From sequence record NC_023610.1: a stretch of 64,000 nt of DNA. One strand, written 5' to 3'. The position numbers were made by a program, and so were the translations under genes. Each line of letters opens with the position of its first letter. Position 1 is the first letter of the stretch. Positions 61,334 to 64,000 of the stretch are shown in pieces. Below the pieces are notes generated by a model that saw only the letters and a program-made list of their open reading frames with translations, did not search any database and was not told the DNA's origin.

Positions 61334-63415
61334 ATGGCCGAGGTCATTACCAGCTCAACTCCTGGCGTTAATTTTCGAGGGACAAAAGACGTCAGTGGGA
61401 ACCGAGCTACAGGAGTGGCAGAAGCGCTCGCGTTTCACCGCCCGCTCCATTTCTTCTTCTCGCCGCAAGGCGATACCACTCCGCAATATCTGAGCACTGC
61501 TCAGTTCGCAGAGTTTTACGGCGCGGATGCGTTGGACGTTAACTCGGCCTTCGCTACCCACTCCACCCCGTTCCTTAACGAGGCTATTGACGCTGTGTCC
61601 CGGTTTGTCAGTATCCGCGTTACGCCGGAAGACATGCCGGACAAATCCAACCTGGGTCTGTCCATTGATTACCTGGAAACCCCGGTCCCAGAATACAAGC
61701 GTAAAGCTGATGGTTCTTTCGACCTGGACGACAACGGTAATCGCCAGGAAACTGGTACCACAACCCCGGGCATCATCATGAAGTTCGTGGTTGCACCTGT
61801 CGGTACTGACGCAGAAGGGTCCCTCCTCGGTCGTCGTAAAGTCGGTGAAGGTTCCATGGAGTCAGAAGACGGCAGCACCAAATCGGTGTTAATGCCTCTG
61901 CTCGACTTCGAAGCCCTGGACTTCGGTGACGGTAGCAAGTTCGGTATTCGTCTCTGGGCCCCAACCACTTCTTCTGCGATTCCGGCCGATGCGGACAAAG
62001 AAGAAACCCTGGGCACCCGCCTGTATCGCTTCCAGTTCATGAAGCGTGCGGATGAACTCTCATCCCCGTCTGCGGTCACCACGACCTACGACGAAACCAG
62101 CATCCTGTTCTCCTTCAAAGAGAACGTCGTTGACAAAGATGCGGGTAACACGATTTACGACCTGAACGAACGTATCCCGGGCCGTTGGACCGACGATGCC
62201 ATCGACACCATGCAACGCCCACCGGTTGGCTCTGTGAATTACTATCAGGCGAACCTCGAAGCGTTCCTGGCGAAAGTACAGGCGAACGAATCGGCGTTCA
62301 CTGACACGATGCCGATTGGCACCGTGGAAGAAACCCTGCACCAGATGAACTTCATCAGTGCACAAAGCATCGACGGTATCCCGTACCACTCTCTGGTTAT
62401 CCAGGGTGTGCTGAACGGTGCTGTCGCGCTGACTGCCAACACCACGCATTACCTGCAAGGTGGCGGTACCGGTACCATGACGAACAAAACTTTCAACGAG
62501 GCAGTGAATAAAATCCTGACCGACGTTGATGGTGTTTACCGCCTGTCTAACCTCGCGCGTTATCCGTTCAACGCCGTGTGGGACACCGGGTTCGACATGG
62601 ACACCAAGCTGCTGTTCCCGAAACTGCTGACCGCTCGTCCGGACTGCTGGATTGGCCTCAGTACACAGGATATCAGCCTGCCTGCGAACGACGAAGCTAC
62701 GGATGAGTCAATCGCCCTGTCGCTGATGACCCGTTTGCAGCAGTACCCGGATTCCGTGGAGTTCAACACTCAGTCCTTCCGTGGTCTGATTGCTGGTCAC
62801 TCTGCGCTTTGGGTAGGCGCTCAGCGTAAGATTGCTTGCGTACAGGGCATTGACCTGTACCGTAAGTTCTGCGACTGGGGCAAAGACCCAACTGGCCGCC
62901 TGGATGAAGACAGTGCACCGGATAACGGTGACAACCGTATCGTTCAGCGCACCAAGAACATCTCCAACCTCGACATGTCGTATCGCGTGAAGCGTCGTCA
63001 GTGGATGGCTGGTATTTGCTACGTGGAAGACTACGACACCCGTTCGCAGTTCTACTCTGGCATCCAGTCCTTCTACCCAGACCAGACCTCGGTACTGCGT
63101 TCTGCGTTGGTGGGTCTCTGCGTGGCCAACATCAACCGCTATGCGTGGGAAGTCTGGCGTTCCTATACGGGTAACCAGAACCTGACCGATGCACAGCTGG
63201 TAGAACGGTCCGAGAAGCAGATTGCTGCTCGCATCGCTGCGAACATTCCGAACGGCCGTATGATTGCCAAGCCGCACGCCGAAATCACTCGTCTCGACGA
63301 TGACAACGGTTACAGCTGGACTCTGCGCACTGACATCGGGGTGAGCGGTATGCGTACCGTTCTGAACGCCTCTGTTGTGGCCTACCGTCGTGAGGAGCTG
63401 GAAGACAATGGCTAA
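61334..63415 (+). CDS. Contractile tail sheath protein (phiKZ gp29-like)
   Basis: 693 aa; YPFNAVWDTGF and C-terminal sheath-like segment; followed by the tube gene. Confidence 0.85.
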   Translation: MAEVITSSTPGVNFRGTKDVSGNRATGVAEALAFHRPLHFFFSPQGDTTPQYLSTAQFAEFYGADALDVNSAFATHSTPFLNEAIDAVSRFVSIRVTPEDMPDKSNLGLSIDYLETPVPEYKRKADGSFDLDDNGNRQETGTTTPGIIMKFVVAPVGTDAEGSLLGRRKVGEGSMESEDGSTKSVLMPLLDFEALDFGDGSKFGIRLWAPTTSSAIPADADKEETLGTRLYRFQFMKRADELSSPSAVTTTYDETSILFSFKENVVDKDAGNTIYDLNERIPGRWTDDAIDTMQRPPVGSVNYYQANLEAFLAKVQANESAFTDTMPIGTVEETLHQMNFISAQSIDGIPYHSLVIQGVLNGAVALTANTTHYLQGGGTGTMTNKTFNEAVNKILTDVDGVYRLSNLARYPFNAVWDTGFDMDTKLLFPKLLTARPDCWIGLSTQDISLPANDEATDESIALSLMTRLQQYPDSVEFNTQSFRGLIAGHSALWVGAQRKIACVQGIDLYRKFCDWGKDPTGRLDEDSAPDNGDNRIVQRTKNISNLDMSYRVKRRQWMAGICYVEDYDTRSQFYSGIQSFYPDQTSVLRSALVGLCVANINRYAWEVWRSYTGNQNLTDAQLVERSEKQIAARIAANIPNGRMIAKPHAEITRLDDDNGYSWTLRTDIGVSGMRTVLNASVVAYRREELEDNG

Positions 63416-64000
63416 GAAAGACCCGAATACCATCATGAACTCCGGCGAATCCTACGCTAAAGGGACCTACGGTCCCGTTACTAGCCTGGAAATCCCCGGA
63501 CAGGGTGGTTACACCAACAACCTGGAGTTCTACCATGCTGCGGCGGACTACACCCGTCGCCCGGTCATTCCTTTCCTCATGGAGGCCCCAGCGGGCTTCC
63601 AGGATTTGAACGACCCGGACAAGCGTGTGGCTGCTCTGAAGGCGCTCATCGAATTACACCCTCGCCGCATCACTGGTCTTGACCAGTCGCTCGAAGTGGA
63701 ATACGTGAGCACGCCGTTCGGTGCTGCGGGTGAAGAAATGGAAACGCTGGCGAAAGTCAAACGTGCCCGTTCTCAGCCACAGTTCGAATGGGTGGAGAAA
63801 ATCGGTACTCCGGTGAAATGGTTCTGGCAGGATTACATCATTAACCTGCTGGGTAACCCTGACACCAACGTCCCCGCTGTCGTTGCCCGTGGCCGTAACA
63901 CGCCATACGGTTTGTACCCGGACTACACGGCCTTCACCGTGCTGTTCGTGGAACCAGACCCAACGCAGAAGTACGTTGTGGAAGCGTGGCTCTGTACCAA
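63408..64000 (+). CDS. Tail tube protein (phiKZ gp30-like), truncated by the window end
   Basis: Not in the ORF track. ATG63408 with SD GGAG overlaps the sheath stop; reads MAKKDPNT...PFLMEAP..; open to the window end. Confidence 0.75.
   Translation, partial: MAKKDPNTIMNSGESYAKGTYGPVTSLEIPGQGGYTNNLEFYHAAADYTRRPVIPFLMEAPAGFQDLNDPDKRVAALKALIELHPRRITGLDQSLEVEYVSTPFGAAGEEMETLAKVKRARSQPQFEWVEKIGTPVKWFWQDYIINLLGNPDTNVPAVVARGRNTPYGLYPDYTAFTVLFVEPDPTQKYVVEAWLCT

Noticed and set aside
1-64000. Assignment of a host or named phage
   Set aside because: Gene order resembles SPN3US/phiEaH2-type phages from memory, but this cannot be established without a search.

Overview
The window is a 64-kb piece of a phiKZ-like, nucleus-forming jumbo myophage genome (Chimalliviridae-type). 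It contains the nucleus and transcription core: SF2 helicase, three split non-virion RNA polymerase subunits plus a gp68-like subunit, PicA/Imp1-like and ChmC-like genes (both by synteny), SbcD, chimallin (ChmA), the family-B DNA polymerase subunit and PhuZ tubulin. A ~20-kb accessory block of small, mostly unknown minus-strand genes (33.9-53.6 kb) follows. The window ends with the terminase, virion genes, tail sheath and a truncated tail tube gene. Minus-strand TATATTAC early-promoter motifs and many intrinsic terminators define the operons. I found no tRNA, CRISPR array, intron or mobile element. The strongest new observation is a probable programmed -1 ribosomal frameshift (G GGT TTT TTT plus a hairpin) joining the first two ORFs, like a lambda G/GT tail-chaperone pair. 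Also notable: a stand-alone alanyl-tRNA-synthetase recognition-domain fragment, a ChmC-like protein ending in a bacterial SSB-type tail (DFDSDIPF), a DarG-like macrodomain, an ADP-ribosyltransferase-like ORF, two structured intergenic regions and several paralog families. All protein calls come from remembered motifs and synteny; no database search was run.
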